IMG/VR virus record: IMGVR_UViG_3300028800_000094
Location: 1,204 to 65,203 of that record
Length of the DNA: 64,000 bases
From: a virus
Taxonomy: Duplodnaviria; Caudoviricetes
Direction: 5' to 3' (one strand)
Part shown: piece after piece, positions 18,314-28,086 of the stretch
Position numbering within the stretch: position 1 is the stretch's first letter
Layout: each line of letters begins with the position of its first letter
Made by a program: the position numbers and the translations under genes
The notes under the pieces: generated by a model
Told to the model about the DNA's origin: nothing
Database searches by the model: none
Seen by the model: only the letters and a program-made list of their open reading frames with translations

Positions 18314-18715
18314 ATGCTTAAATACAAACAGATTGAGATTGATTCGGGCTACGTAGGCAAAGACCTTAGTATGCTTTGCTGCCCAAGATGCGGTGAGATT
18401 TACTTACACCACGAAGGTGTTATTAGTTATGATCGCAGTGAAGATGCGGAAAAGGTGGTTAAAACAACCACTCTAAGCCCCGTTACTGATGCAGAAGATG
18501 TTAAGGCGACAACCACTTCCGTCGAAGTCACAGACGGCATAGGCAACCCCAGCGACCGTAGACATGGTCTTGCAATTGCTTTCTGGTGCGAATGCTGCAG
18601 TTTCGACGACGATCCGAATGATTTAGGTAATGCGATTAGAAGCGGACGTCGTATCGAGCTAACAATTGCGCAGCATAAAGGGTCGACACATATAGGCTGG
18701 CGATTCGATGACTAG
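18314..18715 (+). CDS. hypothetical Zn-ribbon-type protein
   Basis: CPRCG..YLHH...NPS.RR.G...FWCECC...HKG; start-associated motif upstream. Confidence 0.7.
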   Translation: MLKYKQIEIDSGYVGKDLSMLCCPRCGEIYLHHEGVISYDRSEDAEKVVKTTTLSPVTDAEDVKATTTSVEVTDGIGNPSDRRHGLAIAFWCECCSFDDDPNDLGNAIRSGRRIELTIAQHKGSTHIGWRFDD

Positions 18716-18719
18716 AAGC

Positions 18720-18753
18720 AAAAGGCCCCCGACACTTTCGTATCGAGGGCCTT
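18720..18753 (-). terminator. intrinsic terminator at the convergence of early and late arms
   Basis: On - strand: GGCCCTCGATAC-GAAA-GTGTCGGGGGCC-TTTT. Confidence 0.75.
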
Positions 18754-18819
18754 CCTCCAATGGCACAGTCGTCTGGAGCACACCATGCCCGGCTATACTA
18801 GCCGAGCCGGGTGCTTGCT

Positions 18820-19023
18820 TCAAGCGACCGGAATCGGCTTGCCCGCTGCCTGGAGCCGGGCATGTGCCGTATCAAGGGCGAGATCGATCGCCGCCTGCTG
18901 CTCGGGCGTCGGATCGACGCCCTTGCCGGTCGAGTTGAGAATCGCCGCGATGCCGGCCTCGATTTGAGGCGCGTCCTCGACGAGGCCCGCGAGCGCGGAT
19001 AGAAGTGCTAGGGCTGCGCCCAT
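18820..19023 (-). CDS. hypothetical lysis-cassette protein
   Basis: AAGGA RBS; follows the lipoprotein gene. Confidence 0.6.
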   Translation of the reverse strand: MGAALALLSALAGLVEDAPQIEAGIAAILNSTGKGVDPTPEQQAAIDLALDTAHARLQAAGKPIPVA

Positions 19024-19024
19024 G

Positions 19025-19378
19025 TTATGATCCTTTCGTCGGAAGGGTTGCGACGTATGCCTTAAACACCGAATAGGCGGTGTCGAAGGCTACCATCGAC
19101 GGAGTCTTACCGGCTTCGGCGTCCTTGCGGGCGACGACCAGCGCGGCATAGGCATCGTTGTCGTATGCCTTTGCCTGGGCGACGAGCGACGGGTTCGAGC
19201 AGACCGTCGCGTCGGCGCCGACCGATCCGCAGGCCGGGAGCGAAGCGTAGGTCGCCGCGCCCTCCTCAACGGCGGCAAGCGAACCCTGGGCGATATTGAC
19301 GACGCCCATCGGCGTGAGGGACGCGCAAGCGACCGTCAAGCCGATGGCGGCGAGCGCGAAGAATCGAAGTGTCCTCAT
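19025..19378 (-). CDS. lipoprotein, possible spanin component
   Basis: MRTLRFFALAAIGLTVAC signal with lipobox-like Cys, in the lysis cassette. Confidence 0.6.
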   Translation of the reverse strand: MRTLRFFALAAIGLTVACASLTPMGVVNIAQGSLAAVEEGAATYASLPACGSVGADATVCSNPSLVAQAKAYDNDAYAALVVARKDAEAGKTPSMVAFDTAYSVFKAYVATLPTKGS

Positions 19379-19896
19379 GGTGCGGCCTCCGCTGCGGGTT
19401 CGACTGCGGCAACGGCTTCCGGCTGGGCGCCGGGGGATTCCGCTGCAGGCTGGGTGGCGGACGCCGGTTCGACGGGCGCCGGATCGGGCTCCGGCTTCGC
19501 TACCGGGGCTGGCTCGGACACTGGTTCGGGCGCGGCTGGCTCGGGCGTCGCCAGACTTGCGTGGATCCCGGCGATCACTTCCTCGACGGCCGTAACCGAG
19601 ATGGTCGAAAGGTCTTTGCCAAGGCTCGGCAATACCTTCAGGGCGGCGTCGCGGGCCGCAACGACGCGCTCTTCGGGCGTGCCGGTGCCGCTATATGCCG
19701 CCAGGGCTGCGGCCTGCACCACAGCCAAGCCGTCCGTCTTGAGGGCGCTGGCGATGTGGATTGCCGTCTCGTCGGCGATGGGGCCGACAAGGACGGCCTT
19801 AATACGATCGATGTCGGGCTGGAGCACAACCTCGACCGCCTTCAGCTCGCCTTCGAAGAACGAAAGCACGCCGGCAAAATAAGATGCGAGTTTCAT
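19375..19896 (-). CDS. hypothetical protein with Pro/Glu/Ala-rich tail
   Basis: AAGGAGAGCA RBS before ATG 19896. Confidence 0.6.
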   Translation of the reverse strand: MKLASYFAGVLSFFEGELKAVEVVLQPDIDRIKAVLVGPIADETAIHIASALKTDGLAVVQAAALAAYSGTGTPEERVVAARDAALKVLPSLGKDLSTISVTAVEEVIAGIHASLATPEPAAPEPVSEPAPVAKPEPDPAPVEPASATQPAAESPGAQPEAVAAVEPAAEAAP

Positions 19897-19906
19897 TTGC
19901 TCTCCT

Positions 19907-20125
19907 TTAAGTGTTGCCCAGTAGCCGGTCGACCACGTCGTGCGGAACCTTCCACACGAAAAGAAGAACGACCACGGCGACAATTGCGTCGTGCGCGGAG
20001 TCCGGTAGTTTCTGGGGAAGATAGGAATTAAGGATCTGCGTCAGGGCCGACGCGATCGGAGACGCGAAAAACACGGCGATGAGCTTTCCATTGCCGGGCT
20101 TCTGAGGTGCTTGATCGTCGGCCAT
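19907..20125 (-). CDS. putative holin
   Basis: 72 aa with two hydrophobic segments, downstream of the endolysin. Confidence 0.55.
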   Translation of the reverse strand: MADDQAPQKPGNGKLIAVFFASPIASALTQILNSYLPQKLPDSAHDAIVAVVVLLFVWKVPHDVVDRLLGNT

Positions 20126-20342
20126 AAAGTAGATCCCCACTGAAGCACCCGGCTCGATGGCCGGGTGCAAAAGATGATTGTTCCTGGGGTAATTCAGGAA
20201 TAAAAGTTATGAGGCTTGCTGAGTCTTAGATCCGCTTGCAGGCCCTTTCGGACCATCGGGATCGCATGGCACCTCCTCGGTCAAGGAACTGGCACAGCAC
20301 TTTATGTAGTGACCGAAGCCTAGCGCCTTTTCCCGGCGGTGT

Positions 20343-20825
20343 CTAGTCGACTGACGGCTCGAATGAAGATAGCAAGGCGATGTTAATTACACGCTTGAAC
20401 CAGCCATGCTCGAATATCGACGCGTTTTGACGCGTCGCATATTCGAGGCATCTTAGAGCCAAGAAGTCCTCAAAGCAATCCCGCGACGCCGCCCTCATCA
20501 TTGCCAGGGTATGGTCGCCGATCAATCCGTCCTCAAACACGCCCAGCGCTCGCTGGGCTAGTTTAAGGACATCCCCCTGATTCACTTCCCCGTCGAATAC
20601 CGCGAGCGCCCAGCACCAGGGCATCTCGTCGCAGCGATGATTATCGTAATACTTTTCGCGATAAACGGCTAGGGCCGCTTCCCGCGACGGTGGCCAGGGG
20701 GTGACGTCGGGATTGAACTTGCGGGCTAACCCGAACCAAGTGTCGCCGCCGGGATCTTTGGGATCATTCGAGTGCTGCCCTTCTTCGGGGAGCACGACGT
20801 CGGCTGCGGCCTTGAAATAGCTCAC
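20343..20825 (-). CDS. endolysin, glycoside hydrolase family 108
   Basis: EEG..SNDPKDPGG.T.FG motif, DG.IG..T and GWFKR; start inferred at GTG 20825. Confidence 0.88.
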   Translation of the reverse strand: MSYFKAAADVVLPEEGQHSNDPKDPGGDTWFGLARKFNPDVTPWPPSREAALAVYREKYYDNHRCDEMPWCWALAVFDGEVNQGDVLKLAQRALGVFEDGLIGDHTLAMMRAASRDCFEDFLALRCLEYATRQNASIFEHGWFKRVINIALLSSFEPSVD

Positions 20826-20826
20826 G

Positions 20827-21153
20827 CTAAACACCTTCTGGTGGGGCGAAACAATACAACTGATCGCCGGCCGACCAGAGTACGGCCGAGCCGGTCGGGT
20901 TGCGCGCGTTGTGGAGGACAATCTCTTCGGGAATATCGATGGGCGCTCCGTCGACAAGAGCGACGTAGTGCCCATCCCTAATTTCGGCCTCAACGAGCCT
21001 TCCGTCTGATTCGCCGCAGCACGACCTACTGGTGCCGGGGATGAGCTGGGAATTGAACCACGCGGAATACTGCCCGGAGCTTCCGGGCGGAGGCGCGGCA
21101 GACGCCGAAACGGATATGGCGAATAGAGCGAGTCCGATCAGCCTGTACATCAC
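20827..21153 (-). CDS. small exported Cys-containing protein
   Basis: Signal peptide; SCC..SD...NPTG.AVLW....YCF.P pattern. Confidence 0.7.
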   Translation of the reverse strand: MMYRLIGLALFAISVSASAAPPPGSSGQYSAWFNSQLIPGTSRSCCGESDGRLVEAEIRDGHYVALVDGAPIDIPEEIVLHNARNPTGSAVLWSAGDQLYCFAPPEGV

Positions 21154-21159
21154 AGCCTC

Positions 21160-21594
21160 CTATTTACCGGTGAGCAAATGAATCCCTTCGACAATGAGGC
21201 CGCCGATTCCGGTTAAGCCGACGCCGGCCATCCATATGGCGCCCTGCCCGCGTGCGCGTGCGAGATCGAATCCGGCCATCTTTGCGTCGGTTGCATCAGC
21301 ACGAGATTCAAGGCTGTCATTTCGTTTTGAGAGAACGTCATTCTCTCGCGAGACCGCCTTGAACTGGACGGTGTCCTCGTTGAAGTGAGCCTGCATCTTA
21401 CTGGTCAGGTTATGGTGCTGCTGGTCGACCCGTTCCACCAGCGTGGCCATACCGACCTTGATGTCACCGACCACCCCGACAATTCCGTCAAGCTTTACAC
21501 TGACCGTTTTAACGAGATCATTAACCTTTGTATCGATCGCGTCAACACGCTTATCATAATCACGTCGCTCACTCGTCATTTCGTCCTCGCGCAT
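21160..21594 (-). CDS. coiled-coil protein with C-terminal TM helix
   Basis: Heptad-rich with a hydrophobic C-terminus; between fibres and lysin. Confidence 0.6.
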   Translation of the reverse strand: MREDEMTSERRDYDKRVDAIDTKVNDLVKTVSVKLDGIVGVVGDIKVGMATLVERVDQQHHNLTSKMQAHFNEDTVQFKAVSRENDVLSKRNDSLESRADATDAKMAGFDLARARGQGAIWMAGVGLTGIGGLIVEGIHLLTGK

Positions 21595-23243
21595 CAGCCG
21601 ATCTTCTCGACCATAACCTGGGTGTATATTTCGCTCGTACCCGACGAGATCGCGATACCACCCGCCTGGGTCGAGCTAACCCAGTGTCCGATTTCGAACG
21701 TCTTGGAGCCGGTGATTGTAAAAGCGCAATCGATAATCGAGTTCGTGGTGTTGGCTATCGGAGACGTCGAATTCGACCCGAGGGCGGTAGCCGCAGAATC
21801 CGTCACGTTGTAAAGGCGAATCTGATGGTTGCAGTTTACTGCGCTCGCCGATGCCCGAAGGACGTAAATACCAGCCGGGAGCGTAAAGGTGTTTGAAGAA
21901 AGTACGCTGCCGATGCTGTCGACGACCTTCTGGTTTAGGACGCGCGTGTTCCAGGTCGTACCCGTAAGGTTCCCTGGTCCGGTTCCCGACGGCTCCTGAT
22001 CCTGGAGGAACAAGACGCCGCCATTCGCAAGCGCGCCGCCCGAGGACGAGATGACCGGTCCCTGGCCAAGCGCTGTATCCGTGAGCGCCGTAAAGGTTCC
22101 GGCCGCCGCGCTCGATCCGCCGATAACAGCGCCATTGATAGTACCGCCGATAACAGCGCCATTGATAGTACCGCCGGTAATCGCGACGGCGCCTGCAGCC
22201 TGCGTCGACATAGTCCCGAGGCCAAGGTTGCTGCGCGCGGTGCCGGCATTCGCCACATCGGAAAGGTTATTTGCGACCAGCAGCAAGCCAGTGACGGCAG
22301 TGCCGCCAACGTATTGCGCATTTAAGCCCGCGACTAGAGTCGTGGAGGTAACGACAAAGGGGGCATTTCCCTGCGCAAGAGTAGACGTAATCTGTCCAGT
22401 TGCGCTAATAGTTGTGAACGCACCAGAGCCCGGCGTCGTGCCGCCAATCGCTCCGGGAATCGCCCAGGTCTGTCCAAGAAGCAGCGACGCGTTGAGATTC
22501 GCGACCGCTGTAGTCGAAGCGACGACCAGGGGGGCGGTGCCGGTGGTAACAGTCGAGGTAAACTGCCCAGAGGCTGACAGCGTCGTAAAGGCGCCGGCCG
22601 CCGTCGCGGATCCGCCGATCGGCGCCCCGTTAATCGTACCGCCGGTGATCGCAACTGCGCTCGCGTCCTGCACCGACATCGTGCCGAGGGACGTCGCGTC
22701 GAGCTGGAATTGCGTACCGTTGTATCGGATGACGTAGAGTGATCCGGCATTAACCTCACCCCCTGCAAGGGCAACCGGGCCGCCGGAGCCCGCCTTATAG
22801 ACGCTCTTCGCCCCGAGCGCAGAGACGTTGATCGTCAACGCACCGGAGTTTGAGAAGCCGGCGATGAAAGAAAAGGATTCTCCGGCGACGTAGGATGTCG
22901 CCGGAATCGACGGCGTCAGCGTCTGTGTATTCGCCGATCCGCCCGATGTCCCGGACCATTTTGCGCCCGAAGAAACGGTTGCGCGTATGGCTGCGAAGAA
23001 CTGCGAGATCGCCGTCGAGAGGTCACCGTCGTCGAGGACGTCGGCGTTCAGTGCTTGCGAAACAAAGTTGGCGACGACGGCCGCCTGGAAGGACGACTGG
23101 CGCCACGTCTTATTAAGCTGCTCGGAGATCGCGGTCCCGGCAACGTAGCCGGTCGAAACCGCCGGCAGCGCCGCATAGTCGGCCTGATCGAGGACATTGG
23201 CCCCGCCACCGATTGCAAATGGGAGGAAATCTACGGTAGCCAT
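21594..23243 (-). CDS. tail fibre protein 2
   Basis: N-terminal baseplate-attachment domain (DFLPFA.GG...NK.WRQS.FQAA) and Gly/Thr/Ala-rich repeats. Confidence 0.85.
   Translation of the reverse strand: MATVDFLPFAIGGGANVLDQADYAALPAVSTGYVAGTAISEQLNKTWRQSSFQAAVVANFVSQALNADVLDDGDLSTAISQFFAAIRATVSSGAKWSGTSGGSANTQTLTPSIPATSYVAGESFSFIAGFSNSGALTINVSALGAKSVYKAGSGGPVALAGGEVNAGSLYVIRYNGTQFQLDATSLGTMSVQDASAVAITGGTINGAPIGGSATAAGAFTTLSASGQFTSTVTTGTAPLVVASTTAVANLNASLLLGQTWAIPGAIGGTTPGSGAFTTISATGQITSTLAQGNAPFVVTSTTLVAGLNAQYVGGTAVTGLLLVANNLSDVANAGTARSNLGLGTMSTQAAGAVAITGGTINGAVIGGTINGAVIGGSSAAAGTFTALTDTALGQGPVISSSGGALANGGVLFLQDQEPSGTGPGNLTGTTWNTRVLNQKVVDSIGSVLSSNTFTLPAGIYVLRASASAVNCNHQIRLYNVTDSAATALGSNSTSPIANTTNSIIDCAFTITGSKTFEIGHWVSSTQAGGIAISSGTSEIYTQVMVEKIG
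22117..22176. repeat. perfect 27-bp tandem duplication (GGTINGAVI x2) in tail fibre
   Basis: ccgccgataacagcgccattgatagta occurs twice. Confidence 0.9.
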
Positions 23244-23244
23244 T

Positions 23245-23616
23245 TTATTTTACCTCTGCTCCACGTGCAGCTATCCGATCTGCGACTCGCTTCGCACGGA
23301 CTATCTCTGCGGCCCTCGCGGAGTCTAGTTTAGCCTGATGCGAGGCGACAACGTCGGAGGTGTGATGCTTATCGACATGTCTGTGCACGATGGCCCAGTG
23401 GTCGTCCGCAATTTCAGGCCAGCCCATATTCACCAGATCATGGTGTATCTGCCGTTTAATGTAATCCTTCGTATTAATCGGGGAAAATACGAAGATATGC
23501 CCGTCTGGAGGAACGCGATGATTACCGTTTTCATCGGTGTCTTGCTTCACAAAAAAGAACAAAAGCGACTTATCCTCAAGAATTTTAACGCTACTATAGA
23601 CAACCGATTTAGTCAT
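23245..23616 (-). CDS. hypothetical protein (possible fibre chaperone)
   Basis: Between the two fibre genes; visibly lower GC. Confidence 0.55.
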   Translation of the reverse strand: MTKSVVYSSVKILEDKSLLFFFVKQDTDENGNHRVPPDGHIFVFSPINTKDYIKRQIHHDLVNMGWPEIADDHWAIVHRHVDKHHTSDVVASHQAKLDSARAAEIVRAKRVADRIAARGAEVK

Positions 23617-23625
23617 GATGACCCC

Positions 23626-24867
23626 TCAGAGAACAGGGAAGAACCCGTTTATTTTGAAATCGTTCGCAGTGCATTGCGCGTTAGTCAACGCCGCGAATGT
23701 AGTCCCGAGTCGGAGTGCCATAGCCGCCGTACCAGATGCGGGCGTAAAAAGAATGTGGCAAGTTGCCGAAATAGCACTATCACAAGCACCGTGCATACAG
23801 GGTTGATCACCAGTTCCTTGAGTGCCGGGTAGTGATAGCGATGCCGTCGCCCCGCTAGCTGTTGATGGATAAGAAAAGCCCCCAGCTATAAACCAATACG
23901 GTCCAATCAGCATAATCCGAAGGTTAATGCCCGTTATAACAAGGCTCGCCCCACTCTGATCAGTAATTGAATACGTCGCACTCGTAATCGCTGTGACAGC
24001 AGCCGACCCGCTAGTGGCGTTCCCAAGGATCGAGTACGCAGCCTGACTCTGAAAAGTCGAAACCGGGATAGTCCCAGCTCCTGCCACTGTTCCGGTAAAT
24101 GTCGGAGAGGCAAGCGTTGGGCTTGTTCCAAAGACAAGCAGATTTGTCCCGGTCGCGCCCGTCGAAGTCACACCCTCGAAAGTAACGTGCCCGGTCGCCT
24201 GCAGCGTCGTAAAGTGACCAGCCGCCGGGGTTGACCCTCCGACAACCGCTCCATCGATCGTCCCGCCAGATATCGTGACCGCATTCGCATTCTGCTGCGC
24301 CATCGTTCCAAGGTCGGTGTCGCTCAACTGGAATTGCGTCCCGTCGTAGCGAACGGTGATGACGTTCCCGAGGAATATCTCCCCCCCTGTCAAGGGAATC
24401 GGGCCGGCCGGCGAGTCCTTATATATGTTCTTCGCGCCGAGCCCGGATACGTTGAGGGTCGTCGCGCCAATGTTCGTCGTCCCTGCCACAAAGGCATAGG
24501 CCGCGCCGGTAGCATAAGACGCCGACGCTGGGTTCGGTGTGATCGTCATAGCACCGGCGGTGCCGGCAGACGTACCCGACCAGCGGGCGCCCGCCGCGAC
24601 GAGGTTTGTAACCGCCGTGGTCAGATTCGTAACAGCCGCCGAGAGGTTGCCGTTATCGAGGACGTCGGCATTAATTTGCTGGGAGACAAAATTGGCGAGC
24701 ACAGCGGCCTGGAAGGCCGACTGGCGCCACGCTTTATTAAGCGCGGACGGATCTGCGATACCCACCTGAAAGCCGTTCGTGACGTAGCTTGAGGCCGCAT
24801 AGGTAGCCTGCGAGGCCACCAGCGCGCTACCGCCCGTTGCGAATGGGAGAAAATCAACTGTGGGCAT
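23626..24867 (-). CDS. tail fibre protein 1
   Basis: N-terminal ~220 aa is paralogous to 21594-23243. Confidence 0.85.
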   Translation of the reverse strand: MPTVDFLPFATGGSALVASQATYAASSYVTNGFQVGIADPSALNKAWRQSAFQAAVLANFVSQQINADVLDNGNLSAAVTNLTTAVTNLVAAGARWSGTSAGTAGAMTITPNPASASYATGAAYAFVAGTTNIGATTLNVSGLGAKNIYKDSPAGPIPLTGGEIFLGNVITVRYDGTQFQLSDTDLGTMAQQNANAVTISGGTIDGAVVGGSTPAAGHFTTLQATGHVTFEGVTSTGATGTNLLVFGTSPTLASPTFTGTVAGAGTIPVSTFQSQAAYSILGNATSGSAAVTAITSATYSITDQSGASLVITGINLRIMLIGPYWFIAGGFSYPSTASGATASLSLPGTQGTGDQPCMHGACDSAISATCHILFTPASGTAAMALRLGTTFAALTNAQCTANDFKINGFFPVL

Positions 24868-24873
24868 GAGTCC

Positions 24874-25545
24874 TCATGTCAGGTAGTCGGCCCAAACGCC
24901 GGTGCCGAAGCCGGCGATGGCCGAATTGTCGAGTCCGAAGCCGAACAGGGGGGAGTCGGGAACTGATGGGATAATGTAATGAGCGACTCCGACGCCGGCT
25001 GGGACGAGGTTAAGGTAGCCGCCCTCAAGCAGCGCCAGCGTTAGTGCGTCGGGTGCTGGCCCGAACAGCACCAAATCCATCGTCATATCCTGGTTGTCGA
25101 CGATCCCGATCGTAAAGCCGGTGCCGGCAAAGAAGATATCCCAGACGCGATAGGCGTCGGGGATCGAGCCATTCCAGGCGTTCGCAGCTGCGGAAGCCCG
25201 CAGCAGCGTCCGAAAAGCGTCGTCGGGGAGCAGTACGATTTCGCTGATCGGGTTGAACGGCCCGAACCACGTGCCCTGGTCGAAGCCCAGGCCCACGGTA
25301 TCGAAGGCGAAATAAACGTCGGTGATCGGCTCGCTGACCGCGCGAGTCTTTCCGATCCAGAGGCCGACCGAATCCAACTGGACGCCCACGGCGGTGTCCA
25401 GATCGTAGCCTTGCGGCATCGCCTGAAGAACGACCTGCTCGTCGGCCGAACCCTGCGTCAGCGTATTGATCACCGATACGAAGTTCGGAGCGAGCGCGTG
25501 CTCGCTTGTAATTAAGGCGAGATAGGGTGCGGTCGATCCGCTCAC
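24874..25545 (-). CDS. baseplate protein, DUF2612-like
   Basis: DLDTAVGVQLD.VG.WIG..R, L.DD.FR.L, N.WNG and DNQDMTM motifs. Confidence 0.88.
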   Translation of the reverse strand: MSGSTAPYLALITSEHALAPNFVSVINTLTQGSADEQVVLQAMPQGYDLDTAVGVQLDSVGLWIGKTRAVSEPITDVYFAFDTVGLGFDQGTWFGPFNPISEIVLLPDDAFRTLLRASAAANAWNGSIPDAYRVWDIFFAGTGFTIGIVDNQDMTMDLVLFGPAPDALTLALLEGGYLNLVPAGVGVAHYIIPSVPDSPLFGFGLDNSAIAGFGTGVWADYLT

Positions 25546-26948
25546 GTGACATTTACCGTGACGTCGCCGGTGATACCCTGCGCCGCTTCGTTAAAGGCGA
25601 TGTCGACGTCGGAGACTAAGTAAACATTACTCGGAACCGGAACACTGCGCGCGGTAGGAACGCCCGGCGTGAAGGTGATGGCGTTCGACGTAACCGACGT
25701 GACGGTCGGCTGGAAGGCCGCCGCGTTGTCGAGTACGAATCCGATCACCTGCCCTTTGTAGATATCCGTAGCGCTGGCGACGTCGATTACCGTGGCGCCC
25801 GCATTGTAGGGGCCGCCGGTCGTAACCGTATTGACGATCGGCGACGCGCGGGATTGCGAGAGCGACGCGATGGTATAGGTCGACCCAAGCGGAGCTGGAA
25901 GAGTTGCCGCAGCCTGCAGCGCCGCCAGATAGCTGATCCGACCAATCGGAAGCGCGTTGAGATATGCAACGATCGATGCCATGATAGCGGCCGTCGTCGT
26001 CGACGCGTAACCCGGAAATTGCTTGATCGTCAGCGTAACCGTGACCGCAACTTCGGCAAGCCGATAGAAGTTGATTGCGTTCGGTATCCCGACCGAGTCG
26101 GTAATAGTTTCCGTCGTCGTCCCATAGGTTCCGGTGCCTGGGGTGACCGTTTCGGCGATAGCTGTTGCTACCGCCACGGCATCCCCGCCCTCAACGACGA
26201 TCGATATGTTATGCGCTGGAATACCATTGGCATCAGCGGATACGGTCGGATTATTATATCCGAAATAGCGCTGCACGCCTGTCACGTCTGCGACGTTACC
26301 GATAATGGACTCCATCACTGTCAGCGCCGGCAGCGCGGTCGAAACAGCCTGCCGCTGACGAAGCGCCGAATCAGTCTCCACAGGCGCCCCAGCCGTCGCC
26401 GCAGCCACGTTATTCGAAGACTGCCAGCCCAGGGTCGGCGTCAGGATGTTGACCAGCGTCGCCGCGTCGGCCGTAACGGCGCCGGGCGTCGTACAGGTTG
26501 CGGTCTCTACAATCGAGCCGCCACCGGGGATTGTAACGGTCGCCGGCAGCGCCCACTGGGTGTTGAGGCTTTGGTTATCCCCCACGATCCCATTCGTGAT
26601 CGTCGTTCCGGCTTGCCCCACGATAGTAAGATCAGCCGTAGAATTCGTCGGAATATCCCGCGCGATGCCGTTGATCTTAACCACCGACGACAGCCCCACC
26701 CCCTGACTCGTTGCGGGCGAGAACTGGTTGTAAACGAAGATGGCGACCTGATTGCTATCGTATTGCGCCTGGGCGAAGATCGCCAGCATCTGACCGTCTT
26801 GCGAATCGGCCGGGATAACAACGTCAGACCCATAAATTGACTGCATACTCGCTTGCAACGACGCGTAGATATCCGCATAACTCGGCGACGTGATTCCGAA
26901 TTCGTCGACGGTGCATGCAAGCGTGGCCAGGGGGTACGGGCCGCTCAT
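25542..26948 (-). CDS. baseplate J-like wedge protein
   Basis: DSQDGQ, G.GLS..VKINGI.R and G...ETDSALR.R motifs. Confidence 0.9.
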   Translation of the reverse strand: MSGPYPLATLACTVDEFGITSPSYADIYASLQASMQSIYGSDVVIPADSQDGQMLAIFAQAQYDSNQVAIFVYNQFSPATSQGVGLSSVVKINGIARDIPTNSTADLTIVGQAGTTITNGIVGDNQSLNTQWALPATVTIPGGGSIVETATCTTPGAVTADAATLVNILTPTLGWQSSNNVAAATAGAPVETDSALRQRQAVSTALPALTVMESIIGNVADVTGVQRYFGYNNPTVSADANGIPAHNISIVVEGGDAVAVATAIAETVTPGTGTYGTTTETITDSVGIPNAINFYRLAEVAVTVTLTIKQFPGYASTTTAAIMASIVAYLNALPIGRISYLAALQAAATLPAPLGSTYTIASLSQSRASPIVNTVTTGGPYNAGATVIDVASATDIYKGQVIGFVLDNAAAFQPTVTSVTSNAITFTPGVPTARSVPVPSNVYLVSDVDIAFNEAAQGITGDVTVNVT

Positions 26949-27304
26949 AGGGGCAGACTCGCGTTGATGGGAACGACGCCGTAAACTGATTTAACCGTCG
27001 CCGTGATATTCAGCTTTCGGATGGGGCCATCGAGCGTGCTTTGATAAGAGGTAATCTCGATCACTCCCTGCGTTTCGAGGATGCGCTGCTGAATAGCCGC
27101 GTCGTAAGTATTCGTGGTGCCCTTGCCGACCACTTCGGATCCGTAAGGCGTACCCTCGATAAAGTCGAGGAACCATTCGCCGGCAAGAAGCCGCAAGCGC
27201 GTCAGAACGGCCTGCGCGACGGTCGCCGGTATGTTGACCAGGAACGCGGTCGAGCCCGAGCAAAACGTGGAGTCGCCATCGGCGGTGAGAGCGCGGTAGC
27301 GCAT
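26945..27304 (-). CDS. baseplate wedge / sheath initiator (gpW/gp46-like)
   Basis: QAV.TRL.L..GEWFLD..EG.PY motif. Confidence 0.85.
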   Translation of the reverse strand: MRYRALTADGDSTFCSGSTAFLVNIPATVAQAVLTRLRLLAGEWFLDFIEGTPYGSEVVGKGTTNTYDAAIQQRILETQGVIEITSYQSTLDGPIRKLNITATVKSVYGVVPINASLPL

Positions 27305-27309
27305 TGATC

Positions 27310-28086
27310 TTATCCTGTCGGTGTAGCGGTGCTGCCGCCACCCGTTGTGACGCCGCCGTGGATATGCGCGGAAACCGTATGGCCGCCGTTTGCGGTAACT
27401 TCGCCGGTGGCGATAATCGCGCCGTCGAAGTTTGCGGTGTGGCCGCCGCCAACGCCGGATGTCAAATTGCCGTCAATTTGCGTATCCGGCGTGTTTAACT
27501 CGATCTTGGTCGAAGCGTTCATTGTGATCGTCGGCGCCGTTATGTTGAGGCCACCCGGCGCCACGATATTCATTACGTGGCTGCCGGCCAGCTCGACATA
27601 CATCGAACCGTCGTCGCTTCGAAGCTGGGTCGTCGTAGTCGATACCGCGTGCGGAAGATCCGTTTGCGAATAAACTCGCGGCAGGCAAAATCCGTCCGAG
27701 AGATCGTGCATACGAAGCTCGACCTGCTTTTGTGGAGTTGGCTTGCCCGACTTCCACCCGCCGGATTGCCACCAGCCGTCGATACAGCGGGAGGCAAAGA
27801 TAACCAGCATGTCGTCGCCGGCAGCGAGCGGGAAGGTCAGCGAGAAGCCGCCACCACCCGGAAAGATGACCGGGCAGTTAATAAGCACCGGAAGATTGAC
27901 GTTATTCCATTCGCCGGCAAGGTTTTGAAACTGCCCTAGAATGGAGGGCTGCAGCGATGCGACAAGCTTTATCGGATCGAAGGATAGAAGGTTGCAAGGC
28001 ATCGCCGTCCAGAGCCCAGCGAGGCGGCCATCGAAGGCCATGCGCAGCGATTCCTGCGGGTCGTTGATTCGTTCGCGCGGATCCAT
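27310..28086 (-). CDS. baseplate central spike (gp138/gpV-like)
   Basis: FPGGGG...TFP...GD, R.HDLSDG and the C-terminal HxH metal-binding motif (HIHGGV). Confidence 0.9.
   Translation of the reverse strand: MDPRERINDPQESLRMAFDGRLAGLWTAMPCNLLSFDPIKLVASLQPSILGQFQNLAGEWNNVNLPVLINCPVIFPGGGGFSLTFPLAAGDDMLVIFASRCIDGWWQSGGWKSGKPTPQKQVELRMHDLSDGFCLPRVYSQTDLPHAVSTTTTQLRSDDGSMYVELAGSHVMNIVAPGGLNITAPTITMNASTKIELNTPDTQIDGNLTSGVGGGHTANFDGAIIATGEVTANGGHTVSAHIHGGVTTGGGSTATPTG

Noticed and set aside
21594-24867. Fibre paralogs as a DGR or invertible shufflon
   Set aside because: No reverse transcriptase or invertase, same orientation, and no template/variable repeat pair seen.
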